Below the pieces are notes generated by a model. The model ran no database searches. It was given only the letters and a program-made list of their open reading frames with translations, and was not told where the DNA came from. This document shows, piece by piece, positions 19,230 to 29,042 of a stretch of DNA of 64,000 bases. The stretch covers positions 32,001 to 96,000 of the forward strand of contig JAWBKB010000003.1 of NCBI GenBank assembly GCA_038831915.1, read 5' to 3'. The number at the start of each line of letters is the position of its first letter. Within the stretch, counting starts at the first letter, position 1. The stretch is from Candidatus Caldarchaeum sp. GTDB lineage: Archaea > Thermoproteota > Nitrososphaeria_A > Caldarchaeales > Caldarchaeaceae. Position numbers and translations under genes: made by a program.

Positions 19230-20270
19230 ATGCGGGCTGCGAGGTGGCACGGCTCCCAGGACATCCGTGTCGAAGACGTTGACGAGCCTCGGCTACGGGT
19301 TGATAGCGATGCTTTGGTCAGGCCTACGGCGGCGTGCATCTGTGGAACCGATATGCATCTCTACAAAGGCGACATCACCGCTGTTCCAGGCACCATCATA
19401 GGCCATGAATTTGTCGGCGTCGTCGAGAAAGTCGGGCCGTCGGTCAAAAAGTTCCATGAAGGAGACCGAGCAATTTCGTCGTGCCGGATAGCTGACGGCG
19501 AATGCTGGTTCTGCAGACACGGTTTTTACGCCCAATGTGTCAACATTAACATCTACGGCATGGGCCCCGTTTACGGCGAAAGCTTGGACGGCTGTTTCGC
19601 AGAGCTTGTCCGCGTGCCATACGCCGACACGGTTCTGATTCCCGCTCCACCGAACGTTCCCGATGAAAAACTCGTCACAGTCGGTGACAGCCTCGCGACA
19701 GGACATCAATCGATGGTTCACGGAGGCATGCGTGAAGGTGAGTTTGTGGTGGTGATAGGCTGCGGGCCTGTGGGGCTTTACAGCGGCATGTTTGCGAAGA
19801 TTCTCGGAGCATCCCAGGTCGTTGTCGCCGATGTTTCCGCTGAGAGGCTTGAATATGCAAAACGGATTGGCTTCGAAACAATCAACGCAGCCGAAGTAGA
19901 TGTTGCCGAGGAAGTTCGGGCGATGACAGACGGAGTTGGAGCTGATTTCGTCGTCGAAGCGGTGGGCCGTTCGCAGGAACCTCTCCTCAAAGCCGTCGAA
20001 ACTGTCCGGAGAAAAGGCACGGTCTCGGTAGTCGGTTTCCATCTTCAGGAATACATCATCCCCTCGGGAATGCTCTGGCTCACCGAGAAAACACTAGTTT
20101 TCTCCATAGGCGACGCCATTAAACACAGCGAAACACTACTCAAATACATCAAGAACAACCGGATCGACCCAAGCGTGGTCATCACACATCTGAAAAAACT
20201 GGACGAAATTCCGCAGGCGTTTGAAATGTTCGCCAAACAACAAGCCCTCAAAGTAATGATAACATTATGA
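19230..20270 (+). CDS. Zn-dependent alcohol/formaldehyde dehydrogenase-like (MDR)
   Basis: MRAARWHG, ICGTD.H, GHEFVG, GCGPVG; likely start ATG 19230. Confidence 0.92.
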   Translation: MRAARWHGSQDIRVEDVDEPRLRVDSDALVRPTAACICGTDMHLYKGDITAVPGTIIGHEFVGVVEKVGPSVKKFHEGDRAISSCRIADGECWFCRHGFYAQCVNINIYGMGPVYGESLDGCFAELVRVPYADTVLIPAPPNVPDEKLVTVGDSLATGHQSMVHGGMREGEFVVVIGCGPVGLYSGMFAKILGASQVVVADVSAERLEYAKRIGFETINAAEVDVAEEVRAMTDGVGADFVVEAVGRSQEPLLKAVETVRRKGTVSVVGFHLQEYIIPSGMLWLTEKTLVFSIGDAIKHSETLLKYIKNNRIDPSVVITHLKKLDEIPQAFEMFAKQQALKVMITL

Positions 20271-21362
20271 TGACACAGCCACCGCGGTCAGAGGGTCTGC
20301 TAAAAAATATCCATCAGCTCTCTTCTCCAAAACATTCAACTTAACCAATCCTTTGAGAATTCGTGATAGATGTGCGTTTGAAACGGGGACTTTCCGCCAA
20401 GCTTCGACGACCTGTTTTATTTCATTCCATTTGCTGCTGCCTTTCGCCACAGCTCTGACCACGTCTCTGTAAAGCGGTGACCGTGTGAAGATTTTCTCCA
20501 ACTCATTCCGCGTTATCTGCACGGCTTCTTCAACAACTTTATCCAGCACTTCACCGTCGGCCCTCCACCTCGAAACGGCTTCGTACCCGTAGTAGGTGAG
20601 CCATCCAACAACCCCGTCAAGAACATCAACCACTTTCTCCAAAACAGCTTTGTCAGGCCTCATCCCGTATTCTTGAAAACCTTGACGCAGAAAATCCAGC
20701 GAAGCAGTTTGGTCAAATTTTTTCAAAACTATTTCCTCCCGGTAACGTCCGTATAATGGGCTTGAGGAATCGTATGCACCGATGAAATCCATCAGAAGCC
20801 CTACCTCTGAACCCGTCAACACAAATTTCACATGTCTAAGGTTGTCGTATGCGTAGGCGAGGAAGCTACGGAAATCTATGCGTCCTTTGCCGCCTCTCAC
20901 AAACCTGAGCAACTGGGCTTCGTCGAAAGCCACCACGAAGTTCCTGTTCTCCTTTTTCATCGCGTTGTCGATTGCGCGGAAAAGCGACGAAAGCGAAACA
21001 CCCGACCGTCCCCAGTCAAGCTCAACTTTCACACCGGCGACTTCGACACCACGCACTTTCGCGATAAAATCTTTCAGCTTCCGCCATCTCGAAACGACGC
21101 GGCTCAGCTCCTCCGAAAGAAGCCTATAAAACGCAACCTTTGAAAAACCTTCCTCGGCAAATATTCTCAAATCAAGGTAGATGTAGGGCCCGCGGTATTC
21201 GTTCAACGCTACTTTTAGCAGCGAGGTTTTTCCCAGCCTACGCATCCCCAACACCAGTATTAGAGGAGGCCCCGAAACAAACGCGGAAAGAAGCTTCTCC
21301 AGCTCCTCATCCCGTCCAAACAGGTTTTCTCGGCTGTCTTTGGGCCGTGGGTCGAATAGCAA
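20265..21362 (-). CDS. Archaeal ATPase (ATPase_2/AAA with C-terminal wHTH)
   Basis: MLFDPRPK, LFGR, GMRRLGKTS, FDEAQ, TGSEVG, DP. Confidence 0.92.
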   Translation of the reverse strand: MLFDPRPKDSRENLFGRDEELEKLLSAFVSGPPLILVLGMRRLGKTSLLKVALNEYRGPYIYLDLRIFAEEGFSKVAFYRLLSEELSRVVSRWRKLKDFIAKVRGVEVAGVKVELDWGRSGVSLSSLFRAIDNAMKKENRNFVVAFDEAQLLRFVRGGKGRIDFRSFLAYAYDNLRHVKFVLTGSEVGLLMDFIGAYDSSSPLYGRYREEIVLKKFDQTASLDFLRQGFQEYGMRPDKAVLEKVVDVLDGVVGWLTYYGYEAVSRWRADGEVLDKVVEEAVQITRNELEKIFTRSPLYRDVVRAVAKGSSKWNEIKQVVEAWRKVPVSNAHLSRILKGLVKLNVLEKRADGYFLADPLTAVAVSS

Positions 21363-21435
21363 GTATCACCCCTGATACCTAAGTATCACCCCCGATACTT
21401 TAACGTTTTCACCACGCGTTACTTTAACGTTTTCA
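21361..21435 (-). promoter_or_regulatory. Two tandem 20-bp palindromic boxes plus a 16-bp direct repeat (duplicated BRE/TATA-like element) upstream of the ATPase
   Basis: AAGTATCACCCCTGATACCT (21361-21380) and AAGTATCACCCCCGATACTT (21381-21400); TACTTTAACGTTTTCA at 21396-21411 and 21420-21435. Confidence 0.7.
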
Positions 21436-21683
21436 TACTGCTTCTTCACAAGAGGTTTCAACGTGCCGCGGGATTCGAGAAAATCAACCAAAACACTCAC
21501 CACCACGTCGGCTCTGCTGCGGAAACCACGCATCGCCGCCTCCTCCTCGCGGAGAAACACGTCGATAGCCTCAGCCAAAGCCGCGAGAATCTTCACCGTG
21601 CAGTAATTTCTCGCGGCCGATGAATTATCGATGAATCTGCGATGATTCATCTGTGAATCATTTTTCTCCATCGTTTTTATCAC
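21366..21683 (-). CDS. Ribbon-helix-helix (CopG/Arc-like) DNA-binding protein; start uncertain
   Basis: YCTVKILAALAEAIDVFL...GFRSRADVV...FL. Confidence 0.6.
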   Translation of the reverse strand: MIKTMEKNDSQMNHRRFIDNSSAARNYCTVKILAALAEAIDVFLREEEAAMRGFRSRADVVVSVLVDFLESRGTLKPLVKKQYENVKVTRGENVKVSGVILRYQG

Positions 21684-21782
21684 TCTCCGCGGCTTTCAGC
21701 TGTGTGATGCCCGGATTTATCCTTGGGAGGTGGCTGAAAGTTCAGCGGCTTTACCGTTGGTCGGACAGGGAGGTGAGCGAAA

Positions 21783-21941
21783 ATGCCGCCGCTGAGAAGT
21801 TTCAGGAATAAATCACGCCGCCTGTCTCTCCGCCTTGCTGCTGAAATGTATGAATGGCTGGTCGCTGAAGCCGTTCGAGCAGGCCTGCCTCTTTCGATGT
21901 TTGTGCGACGTCTCATACGTGAGACGATGCGGAGGCGGTGA
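21783..21941 (+). CDS. Small RHH/CopG protein (52 aa, below the ORF-track cutoff)
   Basis: MPPLRSFRNKSRRLSLRLAAEMYEWLVAEAVRAGLPLSMFVRRLIRETMRRR; GGAGGTGA Shine-Dalgarno upstream. Confidence 0.7.
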   Translation: MPPLRSFRNKSRRLSLRLAAEMYEWLVAEAVRAGLPLSMFVRRLIRETMRRR

Positions 21942-21944
21942 AAA

Positions 21945-22226
21945 ATGCCCAAAATGTTTTCCAAACAGCCGGCGGTGAAATCAATCTTCGCAGTCGGTGA
22001 AATTCTCTACAGGCTCGCGGAGGAAAAACAGTTGTCCATGATGAGCGTGGAGAAGGGTGAGTTGCGGCATCTGCTCAACACTGGGAAGAAACGCGGGAAA
22101 TCAATCTTCACTATAGCGATTCAGCGTTTCACGGTTTCAACCGTGGTCGCGACGTCGCGGTGGATGATTGAATTGGTGGACCGTGAAAAACCGTTGATTG
22201 TTTTCAAGGTGAGGTGGGATGAATGA
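21945..22226 (+). CDS. Hypothetical protein in the RHH-ParB operon
   Basis: Shine-Dalgarno-like GGCGGTG; tightly packed between its neighbours. Confidence 0.55.
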   Translation: MPKMFSKQPAVKSIFAVGEILYRLAEEKQLSMMSVEKGELRHLLNTGKKRGKSIFTIAIQRFTVSTVVATSRWMIELVDREKPLIVFKVRWDE

Positions 22227-23010
22227 AGTTGTTTGGCTCGACGTAATGTGTTTGCGGAAAGGTTTCTACAACCCGCGAATCGTTCAAGACCTCGACAGAG
22301 CGCAGATACTTCTCGAAAGCGTGAAAAAACATGGAATCAAGCAGCCGCTTCTCGTCGTTCCATCAGCAGACAGCCTGTATGAAGTGTTGGACGGCAGCCG
22401 GAGGCTCGAAGCTGCAAAACAAGCCGGAATACAGAAAATCCCATGCATCGTTATTGAAACATCTCAGATATCGCAGACATCTCTCGCCATCCATTTCAGC
22501 CAAGAAGACCTCACCGAACAGGAGCTTATCATCTATGTCTAAAGACTTGTCGCCGAAGAAATTTTCCCAACGGTCGAGGATTTGTGCCGTTTTCTCGGTG
22601 TGTCGAAGTCATGGTTCCACACTTTGAAGAAGGCCGCGAAACTCAGACCGTCAAGCGAAGAGATTTCAACAACTTCTCTCGCCTTAATCAAAAAAGCAAA
22701 CATCGACGAGGAAAAAAAGAAACAAATGCTTGAAGCGTATCCGTTGGCGCGGCATCTTCTCTAGAACGAGTTGGAGGAAATTGTGGATAAACAGCCTGAA
22801 AACCCTGTTGAAATCATCGAGAAACATTTTTTGATGACGCCACGTAAAGCCGACGACTACACGGTTACGGCGTCCGGCACGTATGACTACTTGCTGGGGA
22901 AGAATGCTGGCGTTGTGGAGTTTGTGGCCCTCCGCTGCGTGGAAACGCTTTGGCGAATACAGTTTCCCGCAGCCGATTTACCCGTGGTTAAGATGATGAT
23001 TCAAAAGCAG
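22219..23010 (+). pseudogene. ParB/Srx-domain plus HTH protein with two in-frame stops (TAA 22540-22542, TAG 22762-22764); 3' end approximate
   Basis: NPR...LLESVKKHGIKQPLLV...YEVLDGSRRLEAAK, then HTH 'EDLCRFLGVSKSW' in the same frame. Confidence 0.8.
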
Positions 23011-23058
23011 TATCGGGATACGTTTTTTACCAGGGTTTATGGGTTAAGCAGGCGTAGA

Positions 23059-24471
23059 ATGGCGCAGACGGTGTTTGAGAAAATCTGGGATTCTCACGTG
23101 CTGGCTGAACGAGAGGACGGCATGACACTTCTCTACATCGACCGGCATTTAACACATGAAGTAACATCCCCTCTCGCGTTCGAAAACCTGCGACATTCGG
23201 GCCGAACCGTTCGAAGACCAGACCTAACTTTCGCCGTCATGGACCACAACGTTCCCACCACGGATAGAACCGAGCCGGTGAAAGACCTCATGTCAGCCGC
23301 CCAGATGCAGGCTTTGCAGCGAAACGCCAAACAGTATGGTATTGTTTTGTTCGACTATTTCAGCCCGTTCCAAGGTATCGTCCACGTCATCGGCCCAGAG
23401 CTCGGCCTCACGATTCCCGGCATCACTTTGGTCTGCGGCGACAGCCACACCTCGACTCACGGTGCTTTCGGCGCTCTTGCATTCGGAATCGGAACAAGCG
23501 AAGGAGAGCATGTCTTCGCAACCCAAACACTCTGGCTTAAGAAACCTAAGCAGATGAACATCGAGCTGAAAGGAAGCCTGCCAACCAACGTCTCGGCGAA
23601 AGACATCATCCTATACATCATCCGCACACTCGGAACCGGCGGCTGCATCGGCCACGTCGTCGAATTCACAGGGCCTCTCACAAAGCAGCTCAGCGTCGAA
23701 GAAAGGATGACTCTCACCAACATGAGCATCGAAGGCGGCGCGAGGACAGCCATCATAGAGCCTGACCAGAAGGTGTATGACTACATCCGCGACGCACCCT
23801 ACAGCCCCAAAGGCCGTGAATGGGACGAAGCCAAGCATTACTGGGAGACGCTCAAAACAGACCCCAACGCCCGGTACGACGCGTTTCACAGCTTCGACGT
23901 CTCAAGCCTCGAGCCACAGGTTACGTGGGGCACAAATCCCGGCATGACAGTCGGCGTAACCGAAACCGTTCCGTCACCGGATGACTTTGACGACCCAACT
24001 GAGAAAAAATCTGTGCAAAGGGCCCTCGAATACATGGGCCTCAAGCCGGGTATGAATATCTCCGACATCAAAGTCGACACCGTTTTCATCGGTTCATGCA
24101 CAAACGCAAGGCTGAGCGACCTGATCGACGTAGCTCGGATGGTGAAAGGCCGTAGGAAAGCTGACGGTGTAAGGGTTTTGGTCGTTCCCGGCTCCCAGCT
24201 CACTAAACGGAGAGCGGAGAGAATGGGGCTTCACAGAATATTCATCGAAGCAGGGTTTGAATGGCGGAACAGCGGATGCAGCATGTGCATAGCGATGAAC
24301 GAAGACCGGCTCAGACCAGGTGAAAGATGTCTCTCAACGAGCAACCGCAACTTCGAAAACAGACAAGGCATCGGAGGACGCACACATCTCGCAAGCCCAC
24401 TAACAGCCGCCGCAACAGCACTCACAGGAAAAATAACAGACCCAAGAACATTCGAACTACAATCACTCTAA
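23059..24471 (+). CDS. leuC: 3-isopropylmalate dehydratase large subunit
   Basis: MAQTVFEKIWDSH, HEVTSP, CGDSHT, IGSCTN, GCSMC, STSNRNFENRQG. Confidence 0.95.
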   Translation: MAQTVFEKIWDSHVLAEREDGMTLLYIDRHLTHEVTSPLAFENLRHSGRTVRRPDLTFAVMDHNVPTTDRTEPVKDLMSAAQMQALQRNAKQYGIVLFDYFSPFQGIVHVIGPELGLTIPGITLVCGDSHTSTHGAFGALAFGIGTSEGEHVFATQTLWLKKPKQMNIELKGSLPTNVSAKDIILYIIRTLGTGGCIGHVVEFTGPLTKQLSVEERMTLTNMSIEGGARTAIIEPDQKVYDYIRDAPYSPKGREWDEAKHYWETLKTDPNARYDAFHSFDVSSLEPQVTWGTNPGMTVGVTETVPSPDDFDDPTEKKSVQRALEYMGLKPGMNISDIKVDTVFIGSCTNARLSDLIDVARMVKGRRKADGVRVLVVPGSQLTKRRAERMGLHRIFIEAGFEWRNSGCSMCIAMNEDRLRPGERCLSTSNRNFENRQGIGGRTHLASPLTAAATALTGKITDPRTFELQSL

Positions 24472-24475
24472 CGCT

Positions 24476-24856
24476 TTAAAGTTCCTCACTCCTCAAAACC
24501 CGCACATACTTCTTAGCGGTTTCAAACAGTTTCGAGTCATCGGTCACCAGGTCCAACCCGTTCTGAACAGCTGCTTGAAGATAAACGGCGTCGCAGAAAG
24601 TTATGTTTTCGCTTATCGCCAGCGACAATGCATCGCTAAAATTTACAGGAGCTGTTTTCATCAACGCGATTAATGCCTGAAGTTTTTCAAAAACGGTTAG
24701 ACAATCTTCATGTCTCATGCTGTCTCGTCTCTTCCATACGTAGTTTCCAACCTCAAACTTGACAAGCTCGACAGAGTAATGGCCGACAAGCTCCGCCGCC
24801 TTACCCAGCCAGACACAGTTTATCAACGCCGAAGCATCGAAAAGCCTATGTTTCAT
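24476..24856 (-). CDS. vapC: PIN-domain toxin (VapC family)
   Basis: FDASALI, EVGN, DA.YL..A, LVTDD. Confidence 0.9.
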   Translation of the reverse strand: MKHRLFDASALINCVWLGKAAELVGHYSVELVKFEVGNYVWKRRDSMRHEDCLTVFEKLQALIALMKTAPVNFSDALSLAISENITFCDAVYLQAAVQNGLDLVTDDSKLFETAKKYVRVLRSEEL

Positions 24857-25070
24857 CTCTGATTTCCCTGATCAGCCGCACGGTTTCCTCGGGGCTTGTC
24901 AGAAACTTCTTCACCTCGTCGAGCTCTTTCAAAAGAGTTCTTACTTTTCTCTTCTTCACCTCTTCCTCTAAAGCTCTTCTGATAACCTGCGATGGTTTTA
25001 TCTTCAATCGTTTCAACTCTTGCTTCAGCTCGAGAGGTATTTTCGCGGAAACTGTTGCGTATTTCCTCAC
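24846..25070 (-). CDS. vapB: RHH antitoxin (VapB-like)
   Basis: TVSAKIP.ELK..L..L.I.PS.VIRRALEEEV...IREIRD; overlaps vapC. Confidence 0.85.
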   Translation of the reverse strand: MRKYATVSAKIPLELKQELKRLKIKPSQVIRRALEEEVKKRKVRTLLKELDEVKKFLTSPEETVRLIREIRDET

Positions 25071-25293
25071 GGTTGTACCAAAAGTAATACTTCTTTGTAG
25101 TATAAAAAATTACTACCAAATTCTCAAACCACAAAGCAGCCTTTCCAAACCTTGCTACAAAAACTCAGTCAAGAGCCATAGAGCTGTTGCTGACAGGGCT
25201 GTTATGAAAGTCGCGGAAGTTCAACGCGTGGCTGGTCTCATCGAGCAGTTGATGAACATGATGCAGAAAATCGGGCTCATGAAATTCACGTAG

Positions 25294-25617
25294 TCATATT
25301 TTTTGTGTTTTTGCTTTTTTCATGTAGTGCCGTGCTTCTTGTGGTGTTTGGATGTGGATTTCGAACGGCGGCCGCACGCCGGCTCGTAGAAGAGCTGCAC
25401 GCATCGCGGCGTGGTCTTTGTTCGTCACTATGAGAATGTCGATGTCGCTGACAAGCGAATGTCTTCCCTCCGCAACCGAGCCAAAGAGATAGATTTCGGC
25501 GTTTTCGTCCACCTCTGTTGCGGCATGTTTAATTTCCCGCAAATACTTTTCCAAATTTGCGAAGATTTCTCTCCTCCTCATCGCTTCTTCGATAAGCAGT
25601 TTTTCAGACATTTGCAA
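25294..25617 (-). CDS. Minimal nucleotidyltransferase (MNT)
   Basis: YLFGSVAEG...SDIDILIV. Confidence 0.9.
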   Translation of the reverse strand: MQMSEKLLIEEAMRRREIFANLEKYLREIKHAATEVDENAEIYLFGSVAEGRHSLVSDIDILIVTNKDHAAMRAALLRAGVRPPFEIHIQTPQEARHYMKKAKTQKI

Positions 25618-25981
25618 TCAACTCCTTCACGGATTCCATTACCTTCTTAACCTCTTCTCCTCTGTACAGCCTCGGCACATATCTCGCAGTTATGTAAGCG
25701 TCTTCGAGCAAGCCCAGCTCGGTCAAATGCTTCTCCAACAACCTGTCAACCTCTTTGTTCTGTGAAACTTTTCCCAACATTTCCAGTAGAGCTGTTACGC
25801 TGTGTGACCGCGGATAGTCCACGCCGTTTTGCAGCAGCCTCGCCTTTAGGAAAAGCTGGAGGGCCTGCTCCAAGCTGAACATGGCCAGGTCATAGTAACC
25901 GACTTCATACTGATGCTCCGCGGTCTCGAGGAAACGTCGAGACCTCGTCAAAAGCATCTCTATTTCCTCTTTCCGGGACAT
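25604..25981 (-). CDS. HEPN-domain protein
   Basis: F.LEQALQL.LKA, P.SHS...L, AYITARY. Confidence 0.9.
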   Translation of the reverse strand: MSRKEEIEMLLTRSRRFLETAEHQYEVGYYDLAMFSLEQALQLFLKARLLQNGVDYPRSHSVTALLEMLGKVSQNKEVDRLLEKHLTELGLLEDAYITARYVPRLYRGEEVKKVMESVKELIANV

Positions 25982-26157
25982 GGCGTCTGTCTGTGTTTAC
26001 ATGGACATGGTATATAAGGGGTCTTCGCCGAGAATGTTCGAGACAGTTAGATGTAAAAATCACTTGCATGACGAATTGCTGTTTTAGGCGTTGAAATGAC
26101 GTCTCAGATGGCATAAGCTATTTAGCTCGTCGAGCGCTATCTTCTGTGGGAATTTGT

Positions 26158-28900
26158 TTGGTCAGTTTGGCTAAGATGTTTAACCCACAGGTCGTTGCAT
26201 TAATCGGTGCAAGCGATAGACCTGGCTCCGTTGGTCTTTCTGTTTTGCAGAACCTTTTGACTGGGAAGGCGAAGCGTCGTGTTTAAGCGGTCAACCCGAA
26301 CCATGAAACCGCTTTAAACCTTCCCTGCCATCCATCTATTCGAAACGTTCCTGAACACGTTGACCTAGCCGTTATCGCGACGCCCGCGCCGACCGTTCCA
26401 GCCGTAGTAGAGGAAAGTGGTGAAGCAGGGGTTGAAGGCGTTGTAATAATTTCCGCTGGGTTTAAGGAAACGGGGGAGGCGGGTAAACGGCTTGAAGAAC
26501 AAATCGACATAATCCGCCAAAGATATGGGCTGCGTGTATTGGGGCCCAACTGCATGGGTTTCATCAGGCCTTACATCAGTCTCAACGCGTCGTTCTTCAA
26601 CAAAACACCCGAACCTGGTCAAATCGCCTTCATATCACAAAGCGGCGCCCTCGGCTCGTCCATCCTCGACTGGGCTGTCACCCGTCACATCGGCTTCAGC
26701 ATGTTTGCATCGCTTGGCTCGATGCTGGACATCGATTTCGGAGACTTGATAGATTTCCTCGGACAAGACCCCTACACGAAAAGCATTCTCCTCTACATGG
26801 AAAGCGTTGGAAACGCGCGGAAATTTATGAGCGCGGCGAGAGGATTCGCCAGAAACAAGCCAATAATCATCATCAAGCCCGGAAAATTTGAAACAGCTGC
26901 GAAAGCCGCCAAATCCCATACAGGAGCTCTTGTGGGAAGTTTCGAAGTATACAGGGCGGCTTTCCGAAGAGCGGGAGCCGTCAGAGTAGATGAAATACAG
27001 GAATTGTTCAACTGCGCCAGCGTCCTCGATTCCAGACGTCTGCCCGTGGGCCTTAACCTCGCCGTAATAACCAACGCGGGAGGACTCGGAGTAATCACAG
27101 CCGACGCCATCGAAGAATACGGCGCGAAACTCGCAACACTTTCCGACAAAACCATAGATGAACTCGACGGTGTTTTACCCAGTTATTGGAGCCGTGGAAA
27201 TCCAATCGACATTCTCGGAGACGCTGACGTCAGACGTTACACCACCGCTTTGAGGCTTTGTTTGAAAGACCGAAACATCGACGGCGTAATCATCATCTAC
27301 ACACCCCAGGGCGCGGCGGAGCCTAACGAGCTTGCGGAATCCGTGGTCTCCGTCGTCAGAGAATATGAATGGGTCAAGCCTGTTTTAACGGTTTGGGTCG
27401 GCGGAGATTCTCTAAATGAGGCGCGCAACATCTTCCACCGAAACGACATCCCGACCTACGACACGCCTGAACAAGCCGTCAAAACATACATCTACATGTA
27501 CAAGTACAAACGCAACCTCGAGCTTTTGTACGAAACACCCGAAGACCTTCCAATCGACCCTTCACCGCCCAAAAACTTCCTCAAAATACTCGTCCGCAAA
27601 GCCTTGAACGAAGGCCGCTACGTTCTCACCCCTGACGAAGCCAACAAATTCCTAGACGTCTACAGAATACCAAGGCCCGACGGCGTACTCATTTCAAATA
27701 TCCAAGAAGCACTTTCAGCCTCCCATCACATGGGCTTTCCCATAGCCCTCAAAATCGTATCACCTAAAATCGTTCACAAAACCGACGTCGGCGGAGTCGT
27801 GCTAAACATTTCATCAGACGAAGAACTACGCAAAGTATATTCAAACATGACTGAGGCCCTGAAAACAGTCGTTCAGCAACCCGTCGATAATGCCGTCTTC
27901 GTCCAGAAAATGGTCGAACCCGTCCATTATGAATTGATTGTGGGCTCGAAGAAAGACCCTGACTTCGGGTCCGTGATAATGTTCGGCGCCGGCGGCGTCG
28001 CGACAGAGTTTTTAAGAGATACTTCGGTGGGGCTTCCTCAGCTAAACCAAGTGGTGGCCCGTCGGCTGATGGAAGAGACACGAATTTACTCGGTTTTGCA
28101 GAAAGGTCTTCGGAACAAGCCGCCCGCTGATTTGAGAAAACTCGAGGAGATAATCGTGAGGTTCTCCAACATCATCGTCGATTTGCCCGAAATCAAGGAA
28201 GCGGAAATCAATCCGTTGATTGTGTAATCAAGCGGCATTTACGCCGTCGACTTTAGGATTATTCTCGACCGTGAATACACGCAGACCGAAGAACAGTATC
28301 CGCATCTCGTCATCACACCGTATCCCACGAAATACGTGAAGCCGTGGAGGCTCAAAGACGGGCGATGGGTTTTGCTCAGGCCCATCAAGCCCGAAGACGA
28401 AGAAATCGAATACGAACTCATCAAAAAACCTTTCCGAAGAATCGAGCAGGTTCAGATTCTTCACCGTAATCCGGGAAAGCACGCATGACATGCTCGTCCG
28501 GTTCTGCAACATCGACTACGACCGCGAAATGGCCATCATCGCCGAATACACCGAAGGAGGGGAACGGCGCAACGTCGGCGTCGGAAGACTGATCATCGAA
28601 CCCGACAGGAAAAGAGAATTCGCCGTCCTCGTCGCCGATGACTTTCAAGGGAAAGGCATCGGCACAAAGCTTGTCGACACACTTATCGAAGTCGCGATGG
28701 AGAAGAAACTCTCCTCAATCTACGGCATCATACTTCCTGAAAACACGCGGATGATTAATCTCTGCAAAAAACTCGGCTTCACAGTCAAGCATCGCGGCGA
28801 AGACGTCTACGTCGAGCTCAAACTCGACACAGGCATCGAACCACGGCCTAAACAACCTGCATCTCCTCAGCGAATCATGGAAGAAATTCGACAAACATAA
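26158..28900 (+). pseudogene. Multidomain acyl-CoA synthetase (NDP-forming)-GNAT protein (Pat/PatZ type), disrupted
   Basis: CoA-binding domain (LIGASDRPGS), GPNC, SQSG, SHTG, NAGG, HKTDVGGV, C-terminal GNAT; TAA at 26284-26286, TAA at 28225-28227, frameshift at A6 28423-28428. Confidence 0.88.
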
Positions 28901-29042
28901 GCCACGCGGCCGAACCTTCATCCAACATGCTTCACATATCCTTCACAAAAAGAACATGAATCATTTACATCGCTGATGTTTGTGAAGTTTTCATGTTTTT
29001 CCACAATCCTTTTTAAAGGCTGGTTGCTGTCGGGCCTTTAGA

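Noticed and set aside
19293-20042. Long antisense or alternative-frame ORFs (e.g. 249 aa here, and many similar ones)
   Set aside because: They are shadows of well-supported genes and show no recognisable motifs.
18798-20270. Genuine 490-aa SCP2-ADH fusion
   Set aside because: The linker is the wrong-frame reading of the SCP2 C-terminus.
22771-24471. 566-aa LeuC with a novel N-terminal domain
   Set aside because: The extra 96 aa is the in-frame tail of the upstream ParB pseudogene; LeuC homology starts at ATG 23059.
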